Positions 51,982-64,000 of a stretch of DNA of 64,000 bases are shown here, piece by piece. This DNA is from Alphaproteobacteria bacterium. GTDB lineage: Bacteria > Pseudomonadota > Alphaproteobacteria > Bin95. Location of the stretch: positions 576,001 through 640,000 of the forward strand of contig OZ219787.1 of the NCBI GenBank assembly GCA_964291285.2. The letters are read 5' to 3'. The first letter of the stretch is position 1, and each line of letters starts with the position of its first letter. A program made the position numbers and the translations under genes. Below the pieces are notes generated by a model that worked only from the letters and a program-made list of their open reading frames with translations, ran no database searches and was not told the DNA's origin.

Positions 51982-53025
51982 TCACGACCGCGCCACGACG
52001 GGCTCGGGTACCCAGTCGAATGCCACAAGCGCACCAGCCGTCACCACCACCCAAAGCAGGGACAGCGGCAGGAACACCTTCCAGCCGAGCCGCATCAACT
52101 GGTCGTAGCGGTAACGCGGGAAGGTCGCCCGCACCCAGAGGAAGGTGAACAGCACCAGTGCCGTCTTGAGCGCGAACCAGACGATACCCGGAATCCAGGT
52201 GAACGGCTCATAGGGAATGGGCGGCAGCCAGCCGCCCAGAAAGAGCACAACCGCCATCGCGCTCATCAGGATCATGTTCGCGTATTCGCCGAGGAAGAAG
52301 AGCGCGAACATCATCGCCGAGTATTCGACATTGTAGCCCGCGACGAGTTCGGCCTCCGCCTCCGGCAAATCGAAGGGTGCGCGGTTGGTTTCAGCCAGAG
52401 CGGACACGAAAAACACGATGAACATGGGCAGCAGCGGCAGCCAGAACCAAGAGAACAGCCCGGCCGACCCTTCTTGCGCCTGGACGATAACCGATAGATT
52501 CGGGGAGCCGGCGCACAGGAGCACGGTCACGATCACGAAGCCTATCGAGACCTCGTAGGAGACCATCTGTGCCGCAGACCGCAAGGCGCCCAAAAACGGG
52601 TAGCGGGAATTGCTGGCCCATCCCGCCATCAGGATGCCGTAAACGCCGAGCGACGAAATGGCGAAGAGGTACAGCACCCCCACATTGATGTCCGCCAGAA
52701 CCCAGCCGAGGTCAAAAGGAATCACTGCCCAGGCGACCAGCGCCAGCATAAAGGTCAGCATCGGCGCCAGAAGGAAGACCACGCGGTTGGCGCCGGCGGG
52801 AATAATCGTCTCCTTGGTCAGCAGTTTCAGCCCGTCGGCGATCGGCTGGAACAAACCAAAGGGACCGACGACATTCGGCCCCTTGCGCATCTGCATGGAG
52901 GCGATGACCTTGCGCTCGGCCAGTATGAGATAGGCGATGCAGCCGAGAAGCGGCAGAACGATCAGCAGGATGTAGCCGACGATCGCCGCTGCGGGCCAGA
53001 CATAGGCGGTCCAGACGCTAACCAT
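51982..53025 (-). CDS. nuoH: NADH-quinone oxidoreductase subunit H
   Basis: [23 protein letters not shown]. Confidence 0.97.
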   Translation of the reverse strand: MVSVWTAYVWPAAAIVGYILLIVLPLLGCIAYLILAERKVIASMQMRKGPNVVGPFGLFQPIADGLKLLTKETIIPAGANRVVFLLAPMLTFMLALVAWAVIPFDLGWVLADINVGVLYLFAISSLGVYGILMAGWASNSRYPFLGALRSAAQMVSYEVSIGFVIVTVLLCAGSPNLSVIVQAQEGSAGLFSWFWLPLLPMFIVFFVSALAETNRAPFDLPEAEAELVAGYNVEYSAMMFALFFLGEYANMILMSAMAVVLFLGGWLPPIPYEPFTWIPGIVWFALKTALVLFTFLWVRATFPRYRYDQLMRLGWKVFLPLSLLWVVVTAGALVAFDWVPEPVVARS

Positions 53026-55057
53026 TGCAGACTTCCGCGGCGAGGAAGGTCTCTGTGCAGACCGCCATCGTCTCCGAGGCGCGCGAGATCGGGTCGGTCA
53101 TATAGTAGTTGGCGACCGGACTGGCGAACGGCGCATCGTCGATCCGGCCCGCCGGAACCGCACCGCCCCATGCCGCCGCCACGATTTCGTCCTGCGTATC
53201 GAACACGGAATTGGCACGTGCCATGCGCGCACGCAATGCCGACAGCGAATCGTAAGGCAGCGGCCTGCCGAGCACGTCGGAAAGGGCGCGCAGCACCGCC
53301 CAGTCCTCGCGCGCCTCGCCGGGCGGGAAGGTCGCCCTCTCGCTGCGCTGGACCCGCCCCTCCAGATTTACCCAGGTACCCGGCTTTTCGGTGTAGGCCG
53401 CCCCCGGCAGGATGACATCGGCGCGCGCCGCGCCGGCATCGCCATGATGGCCCTGATAGATCACGAAGGCATCGCCCAGGCCGGACAGGTCGATCTCATC
53501 GGCGCCGAGCAGGAAGAGCGTATCCACGGCCCCGGACAGCATGCCGCCGGTATCCGCGCCGCCCTCGCCCGGCACGAAGCCGAGGTCGAGGCCGCCAACC
53601 CTCGACGCGGCCCGGTTCAGCACATTGAAGCCGTTCCAGTCCCTTGAGATCAGTCCGTTCAGTTCCGCCATACGTTGCGTCGCAGCAAGCACGGCCGCGC
53701 CATCCGGCCGTGCAAGGGCGCCGGCGCCGACAATGAGCATCGGACGCGACGCATCCTTCAGCACGGCGCAGAACCGGTTCCTGCCGGCGGCCGCGCCGCG
53801 CAAGGTCTGCCCGCCCGTTCCGAGATGGTCATAGCGATAGCCGAGTTCATGCGCCTCGCCTATCACGCCGACCTGCAAGCCGCCGGCCAGCCACCGCTTG
53901 CGGACCCGCGCATTGAGGACCGGCGATTCCCAACGCGGATTGCAGCCGATCAGTAACAGCGCATCGGCCTCTTCGATACCCTGGACGGTCGAGTTGAAGA
54001 GATAGCTAGAACGCTGGCCGGGAATGGCGGCAGCGCCGTCCTGCCTGCAGTCCAGATGCGGCGAACCGAGGGCCTGCATAAGATCCTTGAGCGCCTGCAT
54101 CGACTCGGCATCGACCTGGTCGCCGGCAATCGCGCCGATATCGGTGCCGGTCCGACCCTCCATCCTTTTCCGGATTGCCTCGAACGCTTCGCTCCAGTTC
54201 GCCGGATGCAGCCGGCCGTTGCGGCGCACATAAGGCCGGTCCAGACGCTGGCGCCGGAGTCCGTCATGCGCGAAGCGGCTCTTGTCGCCCAGCCACTCCT
54301 CGTTCACCTCTTCATTAAGGCGCGGCAGAATACGCAACACTTCCGAGCCCCGTGAATCGATGCGAATGTTCGCACCGAGCGCATCGAAGACATCGATGCC
54401 TTCGGTCTTGCGAAGCTCCCAGGGACGGGCATTGAAGGCATAGGGCTTCGAAGTAAGCGCGCCTACCGGACAGAGGTCGATGACATTTCCGGAAAGCTCG
54501 CTTTCCACCGCACGCTCGAGCGTGGTGATCTCCATATGCTCGCTGCGCCCGACCGCCCCGATCGACGGCACGCCGGCCACCTCCTCGGCGAAGCGGATGC
54601 ACCGGGTGCAATGGATGCACCGCGTCATCGTCGTCTTGATGAGCGGCCCCATGTCCTTGTCCGGCACGGCGCGCTTGTTTTCCTCGAAGCGGCTTGTGTC
54701 TGCTCCGTAGAAGAGGGCTTGGTCCTGGAGGTCGCACTCGCCGCCCTGATCGCAGATCGGGCAGTCGAGCGGGTGGTTGATGAGCAGGAACTCCATCACG
54801 CCCTTGCGCGCCTTCTGCGTCATTGGGCTCGAGGTCAGCACTTCCATATTGTCGCCCGCCGGCATGGCGCAGGACGCGGCCGGCTTTGGCGGACCGGGCC
54901 GGATTTCGACCAGGCACATGCGACAATTACCCGCGATCGACAGGCGCTCGTGATAGCAGAAGCGTGGCACTTCCTTGCCGGCAGCCTCTATCGCCTGCAG
55001 CACCGTGCTGCCGGGCGGGACCTCGACCTCAATCCCGTCGACGGTAAGCTTCGGCAT
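53018..55057 (-). CDS. nuoG: NADH-quinone oxidoreductase subunit G
   Basis: [36 protein letters not shown]. Confidence 0.97.
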   Translation of the reverse strand: MPKLTVDGIEVEVPPGSTVLQAIEAAGKEVPRFCYHERLSIAGNCRMCLVEIRPGPPKPAASCAMPAGDNMEVLTSSPMTQKARKGVMEFLLINHPLDCPICDQGGECDLQDQALFYGADTSRFEENKRAVPDKDMGPLIKTTMTRCIHCTRCIRFAEEVAGVPSIGAVGRSEHMEITTLERAVESELSGNVIDLCPVGALTSKPYAFNARPWELRKTEGIDVFDALGANIRIDSRGSEVLRILPRLNEEVNEEWLGDKSRFAHDGLRRQRLDRPYVRRNGRLHPANWSEAFEAIRKRMEGRTGTDIGAIAGDQVDAESMQALKDLMQALGSPHLDCRQDGAAAIPGQRSSYLFNSTVQGIEEADALLLIGCNPRWESPVLNARVRKRWLAGGLQVGVIGEAHELGYRYDHLGTGGQTLRGAAAGRNRFCAVLKDASRPMLIVGAGALARPDGAAVLAATQRMAELNGLISRDWNGFNVLNRAASRVGGLDLGFVPGEGGADTGGMLSGAVDTLFLLGADEIDLSGLGDAFVIYQGHHGDAGAARADVILPGAAYTEKPGTWVNLEGRVQRSERATFPPGEAREDWAVLRALSDVLGRPLPYDSLSALRARMARANSVFDTQDEIVAAAWGGAVPAGRIDDAPFASPVANYYMTDPISRASETMAVCTETFLAAEVCNG

Positions 55058-55075
55058 ATGCTCCGCCCTCCGGGG

Positions 55076-56359
55076 TCAGGCCGCCGCGGCCCGGCTTCGG
55101 TAACTCAGGATGCGCTCCTCCATTTCGTGCCTGAAATGGCGGATCAGTCCCTGGATCGGCCAGGCGGAACCGTCGCCATGCGCGCAGATGGTGTGCCCTT
55201 CAATTTCCTTCGACACATCCAGCAGCATGTCGATTTCCTCTACCCGGGCCCGCCCGGAAGCCATCCGCTCCATCACGCGCATCATCCAGCCCGTGCCCTC
55301 CCGGCACGGCGTGCATTGTCCGCAACTTTCGTGCGCGTAGAAGCGCGCAAGCCGCGCGATCGCCCGCACCACGTCCGTGGACTTGTCCATCACGATCACG
55401 GCCGCAGTGCCAAGCCCGCTCTGCGCGTCCCGGAGCGCGTCGAAATCCATCAGCACCTCGTCGCAGATGCTCTTCGGCAGGATCGGCGTGGACGACCCTC
55501 CCGGAATGACCGCCTTGAGATTGTCCCAGCCGCCGCGCACACCGCCGGCATGCGTCTCGATGAGTTCCCTCATCGGGATGCTCATCGCCTCTTCCACATT
55601 GCACGGCCGGTTCACGTGGCCGGAAATGCAGAACACCTTGGTGCCGGTGTTGTTGCTGCGCCCGAAGCTGGAGAACCAGGATGCGCCCCGGCGCAGAATG
55701 GTCGGTGCCACCGCGATGGTCTCGACATTGTTGACCGTCGTCGGGCAGCCATAGAGGCCCGCCATGGCGGGAAAGGGCGGCTTGAGGCGGGGCTGGCCCT
55801 TCTTGCCCTCCAGACTCTCGATCAGCGCGGTCTCCTCGCCGCAGATATAGGCGCCGGCGCCCCGATGGAGAAACACGTCGCAGTCGATGCCCGAACCGCA
55901 GGCATTCCGGCCGATCAGGCCAGCCTCATACGCCTCGTCTATGGCATGCTGCAGGTGCCGCGCCTCGTTGTAGAACTCGCCGCGCACATAGATATAGGCG
56001 GCACCCGCGCCCATCGCCGCGCAGGCGAGGAGGCACCCCTCGACCAGCTTGTGCGGGTCCCAGCGCATCATGTCGCGGTCCTTGCAGGTGCCAGGCTCGC
56101 CCTCATCGGCATTGACCACGAGATAGGCCGGGCGCCCGTCGTTCTCCTTGGGCATGAAGGACCATTTGAGTCCGGTGGGGAAACCTGCCCCGCCGCGCCC
56201 CCGCAGGCCCGATGCTTTCACTTCCTCAACAAGCCACTCACGCCCCCTGGCGATCAACTCGGCCGTGCCGTCCCAGTCGCCGCGGGCACGGGCGCCCTTC
56301 AGCGTCCAGTCATGCTCGCCGTAGAGATTGGTGAAGATGCGGTCCCCGTCGCTCAGCAT
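55076..56359 (-). CDS. nuoF: NADH-quinone oxidoreductase subunit F
   Basis: [24 protein letters not shown]. Confidence 0.97.
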   Translation of the reverse strand: MLSDGDRIFTNLYGEHDWTLKGARARGDWDGTAELIARGREWLVEEVKASGLRGRGGAGFPTGLKWSFMPKENDGRPAYLVVNADEGEPGTCKDRDMMRWDPHKLVEGCLLACAAMGAGAAYIYVRGEFYNEARHLQHAIDEAYEAGLIGRNACGSGIDCDVFLHRGAGAYICGEETALIESLEGKKGQPRLKPPFPAMAGLYGCPTTVNNVETIAVAPTILRRGASWFSSFGRSNNTGTKVFCISGHVNRPCNVEEAMSIPMRELIETHAGGVRGGWDNLKAVIPGGSSTPILPKSICDEVLMDFDALRDAQSGLGTAAVIVMDKSTDVVRAIARLARFYAHESCGQCTPCREGTGWMMRVMERMASGRARVEEIDMLLDVSKEIEGHTICAHGDGSAWPIQGLIRHFRHEMEERILSYRSRAAAA

Positions 56360-56952
56360 CGGGCGTCAGCCTCCAGCAGAGTCGTCTTGCCGCCTTCCGG
56401 CGCGGAGTTGAGGCGTTCCGCCATGGTCCCGACAGGCGGCTGGCGGCCTTCCGCCAGCGCATCGAGCAGCGCGGCCGTCCGATCCGCGTCCAGATCCTCG
56501 TAGTAGTCGTCGTTGACCTGAAGGATGGGCGCATTGACGCAAGCCCCGAGGCATTCCACTTCCAGCAGGGTGAAGAGCCCCTTCTCGTCGGTCCCGCCGA
56601 AATCGATCCCGGTCTTTTCCTTGCAGACCCGGACGACCTCGTCGGACCCGCGCAGCCAGCACGGCGTGGTCGTGCAGACATGCAGGCGGTACCGGCCCAC
56701 CGGCTCGCGGTAGTACATCGTGTAGAAACTGGCGACTTCCCAGACGCGGATCGCCGGCAGGTCCAGGAACTCCGCGACATATTCGATAACCGCAGGAGAG
56801 GTCCAGCCGAGCTGCCTCTGCGCCAAGTCCAGCAGCGGCATGACGGCGCTTTGTTGCCGGCCCTGCGGGTATTTGGCGACCACGGCCTTCGCCGCCTTCA
56901 GATTGTCGGCCGTGAAGGCGAAGCTTTCGGCCGATCCGGCGCGCACGCTCAT
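56353..56952 (-). CDS. nuoE: NADH-quinone oxidoreductase subunit E
   Basis: CTTTPC, ECLGAC 2Fe-2S ligands. Confidence 0.96.
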   Translation of the reverse strand: MSVRAGSAESFAFTADNLKAAKAVVAKYPQGRQQSAVMPLLDLAQRQLGWTSPAVIEYVAEFLDLPAIRVWEVASFYTMYYREPVGRYRLHVCTTTPCWLRGSDEVVRVCKEKTGIDFGGTDEKGLFTLLEVECLGACVNAPILQVNDDYYEDLDADRTAALLDALAEGRQPPVGTMAERLNSAPEGGKTTLLEADARC

Positions 56953-58127
56953 CGATCGATCTCTCCGAACACGATGTCCATGGCGCCCAGGATCGCAACG
57001 CTGTCCGCAAGCATATGGCCGCGCGACAGGAAGTCCATGGCGGCAAGATGTGCGAAACCCGGCGCCCGGATCTTGCAGCGGTAAGGCTTGTTGGTGCCGT
57101 CCGACACCAGATAGACGCCGAACTCGCCCTTGGGCGCCTCCACGGCGGTATAGGTCTCGCCGGCCGGCACGCGGTAGCCCTCGGTGTAGAGCTTGAAGTG
57201 GTGGATCAAGGCTTCCATCGACTGCTTCATCTCACCGCGCTTCGGCGGGGCTACCTTGTTGCTCTCGGTGACGACCTCTCCTTCGGGCATGTCCCGCACG
57301 CACTGGTCGATGATGCGGAGTGACTGGCGCATCTCCTCCACCCGGACAAGGTAGCGGTCGTAGCAGTCGCCGTTCTTGCCAATGGGGATGTCGAAGTCGA
57401 TCCGGTCGTAAACATCGTAGGGCTGCGTCTTGCGCAGATCCCATGGAACGCCGGAGGCCCGCAGCATCGGCCCGGAGAAGCCCCAGTCGAGCGCGTCCTC
57501 CACCGACACGCGGCCGATATCCACGGCCCGCTGCTTGAATATGCGGTTCTCGTTGAGCAAGGTCTCCATGTCGGCGACGAATTTCGGGAAGGCGGCGGCC
57601 CATTCGGCAATATCGTCCAGCATGCCCTCCGGAAGGTCCTGGTGGACGCCGCCCGGCCGGAAATAGGCGGCATGCAGCCGCGCGCCGCTGGCGCGCTCAT
57701 AGAACTCCATCAGCAATTCGCGCTGTTCGAAGCCCCAGAGCATCGGCGTCATCGCGCCGACATCCATTGCGAAGGCGGTCAGGTTCAGCAGGTGGTTCAG
57801 GATGCGCGAGATCTCGGAGAACAGCACCCGGATATACTGGCCCCGCTCCGGCACTTCGATGCCGAGCAGCTTCTCGGTCGCCAGCGCGAAGGCATGTTCC
57901 TGGTTCATCGGCGCGACATAATCGAGCCTGTCGAAATACGGGACCGCCTGAAGATAGGTCTTGTGCTCGATGAGCTTCTCGGTGCCGCGGTGCAGCAGGC
58001 CGATATGGGGGTCGATGCGGTCCACGACCTCACCGTCGAGCTCCATGACCATGCGCAGCACGCCATGGGCCGCGGGATGCTGAGGGCCGAAATTCAGCGT
58101 GTAGTTCCTGATCTGGGCTTCGGCCAT
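56949..58127 (-). CDS. nuoD: NADH-quinone oxidoreductase subunit D
   Basis: [25 protein letters not shown]. Confidence 0.97.
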   Translation of the reverse strand: MAEAQIRNYTLNFGPQHPAAHGVLRMVMELDGEVVDRIDPHIGLLHRGTEKLIEHKTYLQAVPYFDRLDYVAPMNQEHAFALATEKLLGIEVPERGQYIRVLFSEISRILNHLLNLTAFAMDVGAMTPMLWGFEQRELLMEFYERASGARLHAAYFRPGGVHQDLPEGMLDDIAEWAAAFPKFVADMETLLNENRIFKQRAVDIGRVSVEDALDWGFSGPMLRASGVPWDLRKTQPYDVYDRIDFDIPIGKNGDCYDRYLVRVEEMRQSLRIIDQCVRDMPEGEVVTESNKVAPPKRGEMKQSMEALIHHFKLYTEGYRVPAGETYTAVEAPKGEFGVYLVSDGTNKPYRCKIRAPGFAHLAAMDFLSRGHMLADSVAILGAMDIVFGEIDR

Positions 58128-58720
58128 CAGGCGCCCTCCCCCTTTTCGTCGCCGGGCAACGGCCCTTCCCAGGGGCTGAGATAGTCGAAGGACCGGAACT
58201 CCTGCGTCAGGGAGACGGGCTCATAGACCACTCGCTTCTGTTCGTCGTCATAGCGGACCTCGACATATCCCGTAAGCGGGAAGTCCTTGCGCATGGGATA
58301 GCCTTCGAAACCGTAGTCGGTCAGCAGGCGGCGCAGGTCCGGATGGTCGGAAAAAAAGATGCCGTAAAGATCCCAGGCCTCGCGCTCGAACCAGGAGGCC
58401 GAGTTGAACAGGCCCGATACCGAGGGCACAGGCGTGTTCTCATCCGTGGACGTCTTGATCCGGACACGAAGATTGTGACGGTGGCTCAAAAGGTTATAGA
58501 CGATCTCGAACCGCTCCAGACGCTCCGGATAATCGACGCCGCAAAGGTCCACGAGACATTTGAAATGGCAGTTCGCGTCGTCGCGCAGGAAGGCGAGCAC
58601 CTCGACCAGCGCGTCGCGGCCGACGCGAAACACCAGTTCCGACCCCGCATGTTCCAGAGCGGCCTTCTCGCCGACCACCGCCTCGACATGTTCGGCGAGG
58701 TCTTTCAGGGCTTCGTCCAT
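58127..58720 (-). CDS. nuoC: NADH-quinone oxidoreductase subunit C
   Basis: [26 protein letters not shown]. Confidence 0.96.
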   Translation of the reverse strand: MDEALKDLAEHVEAVVGEKAALEHAGSELVFRVGRDALVEVLAFLRDDANCHFKCLVDLCGVDYPERLERFEIVYNLLSHRHNLRVRIKTSTDENTPVPSVSGLFNSASWFEREAWDLYGIFFSDHPDLRRLLTDYGFEGYPMRKDFPLTGYVEVRYDDEQKRVVYEPVSLTQEFRSFDYLSPWEGPLPGDEKGEGA

Positions 58721-58733
58721 CTGCCGGTCCGGT

Positions 58734-59270
58734 TCAGCGCGTTATCGTGCCGGTACGCTGGATCTTCTTCTGCAGCAGCAGCACGCCGTAAAGCAGCGCT
58801 TCGGCCGTTGGCGGGCAACCGGGCACATACACATCGACCGGCACCACGCGGTCACACCCCCGGACCACCGAATAGGAATAGTGATAGTAGCCACCGCCAT
58901 TAGCGCAGGAGCCCATCGAGATCACCCAGCGCGGCTCGGCCATCTGGTCGTAAACCTTGCGGAGCGCCGGCGCCATCTTGTTGGTAAGCGTCCCGGCCAC
59001 GATCATGACATCGGATTGTCGCGGGCTCGGGCGGAATACGACGCCGAAACGGTCGAGGTCGTAGCGCGAGCATGCAGTGTGCATCATTTCCACGGCGCAG
59101 CAGGCAAGCCCGAAGGTCATGGGCCACAACGACCCCGAGCGCGCCCAGTTCACCAGCTTGTCGAACCGGGCGACCACGTAGCCCCGGTCCTGAAGCTCGT
59201 CGCTCACTCCGCGCAGCAACCCATCCTGTTCCGCTCCCGGCCCCAGCGCCGGCTGGCCGATCACTCCCAT
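58734..59270 (-). CDS. nuoB: NADH-quinone oxidoreductase subunit B
   Basis: [21 protein letters not shown]. Confidence 0.97.
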   Translation of the reverse strand: MGVIGQPALGPGAEQDGLLRGVSDELQDRGYVVARFDKLVNWARSGSLWPMTFGLACCAVEMMHTACSRYDLDRFGVVFRPSPRQSDVMIVAGTLTNKMAPALRKVYDQMAEPRWVISMGSCANGGGYYHYSYSVVRGCDRVVPVDVYVPGCPPTAEALLYGVLLLQKKIQRTGTITR

Positions 59271-59626
59271 TCAAGCGCTCCCTTGCGCCATTCGTAGATG
59301 AATCCGACCGTCAGCACGCCCAGGAAGATCACCATCGACCAGAATCCCAGCATGCCGATGCCGCCGAGGGAAATCGCCCAGGGAAACAGGAACGCCACCT
59401 CAAGATCGAAGATGATGAACAGGATGGCGACCAGGTAGAAGCGCACATCGAAGCGTCCCCGCGTATCGGTGAACGCCTCGAAGCCGCATTCGTAGGTCGA
59501 AAGCTTTTCGGAGTCGGGCTTCTGCCGGGCCACGATCATCGAAGCGACGACGGCGCCTGCCGCCAGCGCCCCGGCGACAGCCGTAAAGATGAGTATCGGG
59601 ACATACTCTACGAGCAGCGCATCCAT
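59261..59626 (-). CDS. nuoA: NADH-quinone oxidoreductase subunit A
   Basis: YECGF, FIIFDLE, GALEWE. Confidence 0.97.
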   Translation of the reverse strand: MDALLVEYVPILIFTAVAGALAAGAVVASMIVARQKPDSEKLSTYECGFEAFTDTRGRFDVRFYLVAILFIIFDLEVAFLFPWAISLGGIGMLGFWSMVIFLGVLTVGFIYEWRKGALEWE

Positions 59627-59745
59627 CGTCCTGGGCCCGTCTCCATGTTTCCCAAGCCCGAACCGGGCGCACCATAGATTACCGGAGGCGCGGCCGCAAA
59701 GCCCCGCCGGGGCCTTCCGGACATGCAGCCGCCGGCGGGTACGGG

Positions 59746-59822
59746 TGGCGGGAGTGACGGGACTCGAACCCGCGGCCTCTGGCGTGACAGGCCAGCGCTC
59801 TAACCGACTGAGCTACACCCCC
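59746..59822 (-). tRNA. tRNA-Asp (GTC)
   Basis: GGGGGTG acceptor stem pairs with CACTCCC-G-CCA; anticodon arm CTGGC-CT-GTC-AC-GCCAG; GGTTCGAGTCC T arm; 77 nt. Confidence 0.97.
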
Positions 59823-59897
59823 GCAGGTGCAACGACATCCGTCTAAACAAGACGCGCAGCAGGGTCAAGAACGGGGCCGCCGGAGCTCTTCCGTTCC

Positions 59898-60995
59898 TTA
59901 CAATACCCTTTCGGACTCCGGGTCGATCAGGTGCATCTGGCTCTTGTCCACCGTGAAGTCCATCGAGGAACCCACGCCCGATACGCTCTTCGGCTCGCAT
60001 CTGGAACAGATTTCCGTCTCGCCGATATCGAAAAATACCATCGTGTCCATTCCCATCGGCTCCACGACCTTGACGCCCGCGCTGAAATCCTCGAAGTCCG
60101 CATGGCTGTGGGTGCGCCGGTTGGTCACATGCTCCGGGCGGATGCCGAGCATGAGGTCGTGACCCGAAAACGGCGCGTAGCGCTGCTCGCGCTCCGTCGG
60201 CACCGTTAGCGAAATGCCGCTGCCCAGGCGAAGCGACAATCCGCCTGCCGTCTTGTCCAGTTGGCAGGGCATGAAGTTCATGGAAGGCGACCCGATGAAG
60301 CTCGCGACGAATTGCGTGCGCGGCGCGTTGTACATCTCGTCCGGCGTGCCGACCTGCTCGATCACGCCGTGGTTCATCACCACAATGCGGTCCGCCAGGG
60401 TCATCGCCTCGATCTGGTCATGCGTCACATAGACCACCGTGGTCTGGAGCCGCTGGTGGATCTTCTTGATCTCGGTGCGCATTTGTACGCGCAGCTTGGC
60501 GTCCAGGTTGGACAGGGGCTCGTCGAACAGAAACACCCTCGGCTGCCGCACGATGGCGCGCCCCATGGCCACCCGTTGCCGTTGGCCGCCGGAAAGCTGG
60601 CGCGGACGTCGATGCAGCAATTCCCCGATATTCAGGATCTCCGCCGCCAGGGCGACCCGGGAGTCGATTTCCCCCTTGTCAGTCCTCCGCAGCTTCAACC
60701 CGAACGCCATGTTGTCGTAGACGCTCATATGCGGATAGAGCGCGTAGTTCTGGAACACCATCGCAATATCGCGGTCTTTGGGCGGAACCTCGTTCACCAC
60801 CTTGCGTTCGATCGCGACTTCGCCGCCGGTGATGTCTTCCAGTCCGGCAATCATCCGCAAGGTGGTGGTCTTTCCGCAGCCGGACGGACCCACGAGCGCA
60901 ATGAATTCGCTGTCCTCGATATCAAGGTTGATCCCGCGCACGGCCGGCACATCCCCGTAGTATTTCCACAGGTCCACCAGCTGGATATCAGCCAT
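59898..60995 (-). CDS. Carbohydrate ABC transporter ATP-binding protein (MalK/UgpC family)
   Basis: [35 protein letters not shown]. Confidence 0.95.
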   Translation of the reverse strand: MADIQLVDLWKYYGDVPAVRGINLDIEDSEFIALVGPSGCGKTTTLRMIAGLEDITGGEVAIERKVVNEVPPKDRDIAMVFQNYALYPHMSVYDNMAFGLKLRRTDKGEIDSRVALAAEILNIGELLHRRPRQLSGGQRQRVAMGRAIVRQPRVFLFDEPLSNLDAKLRVQMRTEIKKIHQRLQTTVVYVTHDQIEAMTLADRIVVMNHGVIEQVGTPDEMYNAPRTQFVASFIGSPSMNFMPCQLDKTAGGLSLRLGSGISLTVPTEREQRYAPFSGHDLMLGIRPEHVTNRRTHSHADFEDFSAGVKVVEPMGMDTMVFFDIGETEICSRCEPKSVSGVGSSMDFTVDKSQMHLIDPESERVL

Positions 60996-61027
60996 TTGGT
61001 TTCCTCCCGGCTTCGATTGGCCGACGG

Positions 61028-61927
61028 TTACTTGATTGCGCCTGACGTCAGGCCGGAGACGTAGTAGTCCATGAAGAAGGAGTAGAGCACGACGATGGGA
61101 ATCGTTCCTGCAAAGCACGCCGCCATCAGCGAACCCCAGTAATAGACGTCGCCGCGGATCAGTTCGGTGAACACACCGACACCGATGGTCTTGGCCTCCT
61201 GCGCCTGGATGAACACCAGCGAATACAGAAACTCGTTCCAGCTCAGCGTGAACGCGAACAGCACAGCGCAGATGATTCCAGGCATAGCCATCGGCAACAC
61301 CACACGCCATAACGCCCCGAGCCGCGAACACCCGTCGAGGTAAGCGCATTCCTCCACCTCCACCGGGATGGTCTTGAAGTAACCCAGGAGCAGCCAGATG
61401 ACGAACGGCGTCAGGAACGTGGGATAGGTGATGATGAGCGACCAGTAAGTGTCGCGAATCGGCACGATGTCGTCAATGAAGTTGATGACGTCGATCAACG
61501 GAATGAACAGCAGCGGCTGCGGAACGAGATAGGTCACGAATACGGCGATGCCGAATACCTCGACACCCTTGAATCTCAGCCGCGCGAGCGCGTAGGCGGC
61601 AAGAATACCGATGGAGACCGAAATGACGGTCGACGCGACCGAAACGATAATCGTGTTCACCAGCCAGTCTTCAAAGAAGGCCGTCTTTTCCGCCAGATAG
61701 ACGTAGTTGTCTACCGTCATTCCCGTCGCCCAAAACGGCGTCTGGCCGAGATTGGCAATCTCCTGATCCGATTTGATCGACGTGATCAGGATAATGTACA
61801 GCGGGAACAGGGCGAATGCCACAAACGGAATGAGCGCAAGGTAGTTGTAGGTCGCCTTTCGCCGGCGCCAGACCGGAGTCCTGTTTCGCAGGGTTTCGTC
61901 AAGCGCCGGGTCCGTCGCTGCATCCAT
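61028..61927 (-). CDS. Carbohydrate ABC transporter permease (MalG-like)
   Basis: IPVEVEECAYLDG EAA loop, SWNEFL; start uncertain (61927 or 61951). Confidence 0.92.
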   Translation of the reverse strand: MDAATDPALDETLRNRTPVWRRRKATYNYLALIPFVAFALFPLYIILITSIKSDQEIANLGQTPFWATGMTVDNYVYLAEKTAFFEDWLVNTIIVSVASTVISVSIGILAAYALARLRFKGVEVFGIAVFVTYLVPQPLLFIPLIDVINFIDDIVPIRDTYWSLIITYPTFLTPFVIWLLLGYFKTIPVEVEECAYLDGCSRLGALWRVVLPMAMPGIICAVLFAFTLSWNEFLYSLVFIQAQEAKTIGVGVFTELIRGDVYYWGSLMAACFAGTIPIVVLYSFFMDYYVSGLTSGAIK

Positions 61928-61940
61928 CGTCGCGGTGCGG

Positions 61941-62906
61941 CTAGAGTTCATAGGATGTATCCCGCCTTACGAGTCGGAGCAGTCCGATGACGATCATCAC
62001 CAGAATGGGGAACAGGAACAACGATATCGCCGCCCCCAGTCCGATTTCATGATTGCTGATTCCGGTGACGTACGAATAGGTCGCAAACAGGTGGGTCGAG
62101 TTGATCGGCCCTCCCCGTGTCAGAACGAACACTATATTGAAGTCCGCCAGGGTGAAAATGGTCGAGAACAGGATGATGATCGCCAGGATCGGGCGCAGGA
62201 GCGGGACGGTGATCTTCCAGAACTTGTCCCACGCGGTCGCGCCGTCTATGTCGGCCGCCTCGTAGAGATGTTCGGGAATGGATACCAGCCCGGCCAAGAT
62301 CGTAATTATGAAAAAAGGAAGCCCGCGCCAGATATTCACGAAAATGCAAGTGTAAAGCGCCAGGTCCGGATTCCCAAGCCAATGATACGGCCCGATACCC
62401 AGCGCGTAGAACGGCCACACATTTTCAAGAATCCAGTTTATATGGCTGTAGGTAGGATCGAAGATCAGCCACCAGCCCAGCGTCGTCAACGCCGTGGGTG
62501 CTACAAACGGGATTAACAGGGAACCTCGTAAAAACTTCTTGAGCCTCAGGGCCTTCAGCAGGAGCAAGGCGGCAGCCATTCCCAGCACGATCTTGAATGC
62601 GACCGAGAAAAATGCAAACAGAAGCGTATTCCGTATAGTTATCAGGAAAATATCGTCTTCGGTAAGGATATACTGAAAATTTTCGAGCCCGATGAACTCA
62701 GATTCTTCACCAATAAAGGCATCGCTCAAACTGAAATAAACCGCTAGGCAAAACGGATAAACCACCAGCGCAATCATGATGAAGGCAGCCGGCAGGATAA
62801 AGCCGTAGCCATCGATATCGGGGCCGGCCATCTTTCGCAACGCCCTGAGCAAGGGGCGCGCAGGCGGACGAACCAGGTCTTCGCGGCCTTGATTCACTGC
62901 TTCCAT
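61941..62906 (-). CDS. Carbohydrate ABC transporter permease (MalF-like)
   Basis: FIGLENF, LYEAADIDGA, LTRGGP. Confidence 0.92.
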   Translation of the reverse strand: MEAVNQGREDLVRPPARPLLRALRKMAGPDIDGYGFILPAAFIMIALVVYPFCLAVYFSLSDAFIGEESEFIGLENFQYILTEDDIFLITIRNTLLFAFFSVAFKIVLGMAAALLLLKALRLKKFLRGSLLIPFVAPTALTTLGWWLIFDPTYSHINWILENVWPFYALGIGPYHWLGNPDLALYTCIFVNIWRGLPFFIITILAGLVSIPEHLYEAADIDGATAWDKFWKITVPLLRPILAIIILFSTIFTLADFNIVFVLTRGGPINSTHLFATYSYVTGISNHEIGLGAAISLFLFPILVMIVIGLLRLVRRDTSYEL

Positions 62907-62932
62907 GGCCAGCCTCCGATGCGGCAGACAGG

Positions 62933-62958
62933 CCGGTCCGGCATCATTGCCGGACCGG
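62933..62958. other. 11-bp hairpin between the binding-protein and permease genes (mRNA stabiliser or attenuator)
   Basis: CCGGTCCGGCA-TCAT-TGCCGGACCGG. Confidence 0.6.
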
Positions 62959-62981
62959 TTCGTCTGTCGGCTCAAACAGCC

Positions 62982-64000
62982 TCAGTATTTGCGGTTGAGG
63001 CGCTTGTAGACCCGCTTCATCTGGGTTTCGAGCTTGGCGACCGCCTCTTCCGGAGACAACCGGTCGGTTGCGCATTCGGCCAGGGTGTCGGGCAGCAGAT
63101 ACTGGTCGTAGACCGTCTGAGCCGCCGCAGTCGGCACTCCCGGCCAGCCGAGCGAATGCGTGTACTGGCCGATCTCGGTCGCGAAGGCATATTTCGGGTC
63201 CGACGAATAGAGCGGGTGATCCGCGAACTGCGCCAGAACCGGCTGGTTGTAGCCCTTGCTCGCAATCAGGAGCCTGTTCTGATTGTCCTTCTGGAAGTGG
63301 TATTTCAGGAACTCCTTCGCGAGCTCCTTCTCCTTGGCGAACTTCCAGACGCCGATGCCGTTGAAGGACGCGGCCATATGCCTGCCCGCCGGCCCCTTGG
63401 GCGGAATCACATGCTCGATCTGCTCCGCAATCAGGTTCTGCGTGCCCGGAATCAACGCATTCTCGCGCACGGCCGCCCGATAGGCGCTGACCGGGTTGAG
63501 GATCATCGAGCACTTGCCGGAGATCACGCAGACATTGTTGTTGCGGTCGTCCCAGGCCAGCACTTCCTCTTCCATGCAGTCCTTGTAGAGCGCGCGAACG
63601 AACTTGAACGCTTCGACCGTCTCCGGCGTGTTGACCGCAACGGTCCGGCTGTCCTCGGCGACCAGCTTGGCCCCATGCGACCAGAGAATGCCGCGATTGA
63701 TCCAGTTGGCGTCGGCGGAATGCCCGAGCTGGATGCCGAGCGGATGGCCCTTCGCCTTCAGCTTCATGCCGACCCGGTGCACGTCCTCCCAAGTGTCCGG
63801 CACCTTCTCGCCGACCTCGGCGATCAGGTCCTTGCGATACACAAGGGGGAAGGAGATGAAATACCAGGGCAGAGCCGCCTGTTCGCCCTTGCGGCCCTTG
63901 CCCATGGTGTCGGCGGTCCAGCCGCCGCCCGCCGCGCCGATCTCCTCGTAGACGTCGCTGATGTCCTCGAGGTGGTCGGAGTAGAGGTGCGGATTGGAAT
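62982..64000 (-). CDS. Carbohydrate ABC transporter extracellular solute-binding protein (5' end outside the window)
   Basis: LPWY, YRKDL, PDTWED, WDD..NN; first gene of the ABC operon, frame open toward the window end. Confidence 0.88.
   Translation of the reverse strand, partial: SNPHLYSDHLEDISDVYEEIGAAGGGWTADTMGKGRKGEQAALPWYFISFPLVYRKDLIAEVGEKVPDTWEDVHRVGMKLKAKGHPLGIQLGHSADANWINRGILWSHGAKLVAEDSRTVAVNTPETVEAFKFVRALYKDCMEEEVLAWDDRNNNVCVISGKCSMILNPVSAYRAAVRENALIPGTQNLIAEQIEHVIPPKGPAGRHMAASFNGIGVWKFAKEKELAKEFLKYHFQKDNQNRLLIASKGYNQPVLAQFADHPLYSSDPKYAFATEIGQYTHSLGWPGVPTAAAQTVYDQYLLPDTLAECATDRLSPEEAVAKLETQMKRVYKRLNRKY

Noticed and set aside
59746-59822. tRNA-Asp as an integration site
   Set aside because: Its 3' side leads straight to nuoA, the usual arrangement; no integrase or duplicated tRNA 3' end was seen.

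Overview
High-GC alphaproteobacterial chromosome segment (Rhodospirillales-like; the gene content is compatible with a marine or host-associated lifestyle, which is inference). The two ends carry conserved housekeeping clusters: ftsB-pdhABC and pgsA-mobB-moaDE on the left; tRNA-Asp, nuoA-N, birA, coaX, rnj, mce, DUF1467, proS, lolC/E, lolD and a sugar-type ABC operon on the right. The ~7-38 kb middle is a mosaic accessory region with a catalase, CoA transferases, MORN-repeat lipoproteins, a BHMT-like methyltransferase, creatinase, a TAXI-TRAP transporter and three toxin-antitoxin modules. The most notable signal is two dispersed ~147-aa paralogues (10867-11310 and 35393-35833). Each consists only of an IS630/Tc1-type, paired-like double-HTH domain with no DDE domain. 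Each has an identically laid out sigma70 promoter overlapped by an alphaproteobacterial LexA box (GAAC-N7-GAAY), a long leader with a shared motif, and a downstream hairpin. Together they are a candidate SOS-inducible family of domesticated transposase DNA-binding proteins. Other oddities: a MazF with a ~100-aa C-terminal extension, an E2 with two subunit-binding domains, a frameshifted lipoprotein-MORN chimera, and lower GC in the right-hand core block. All calls come from reading motifs by eye; no database searches were run.
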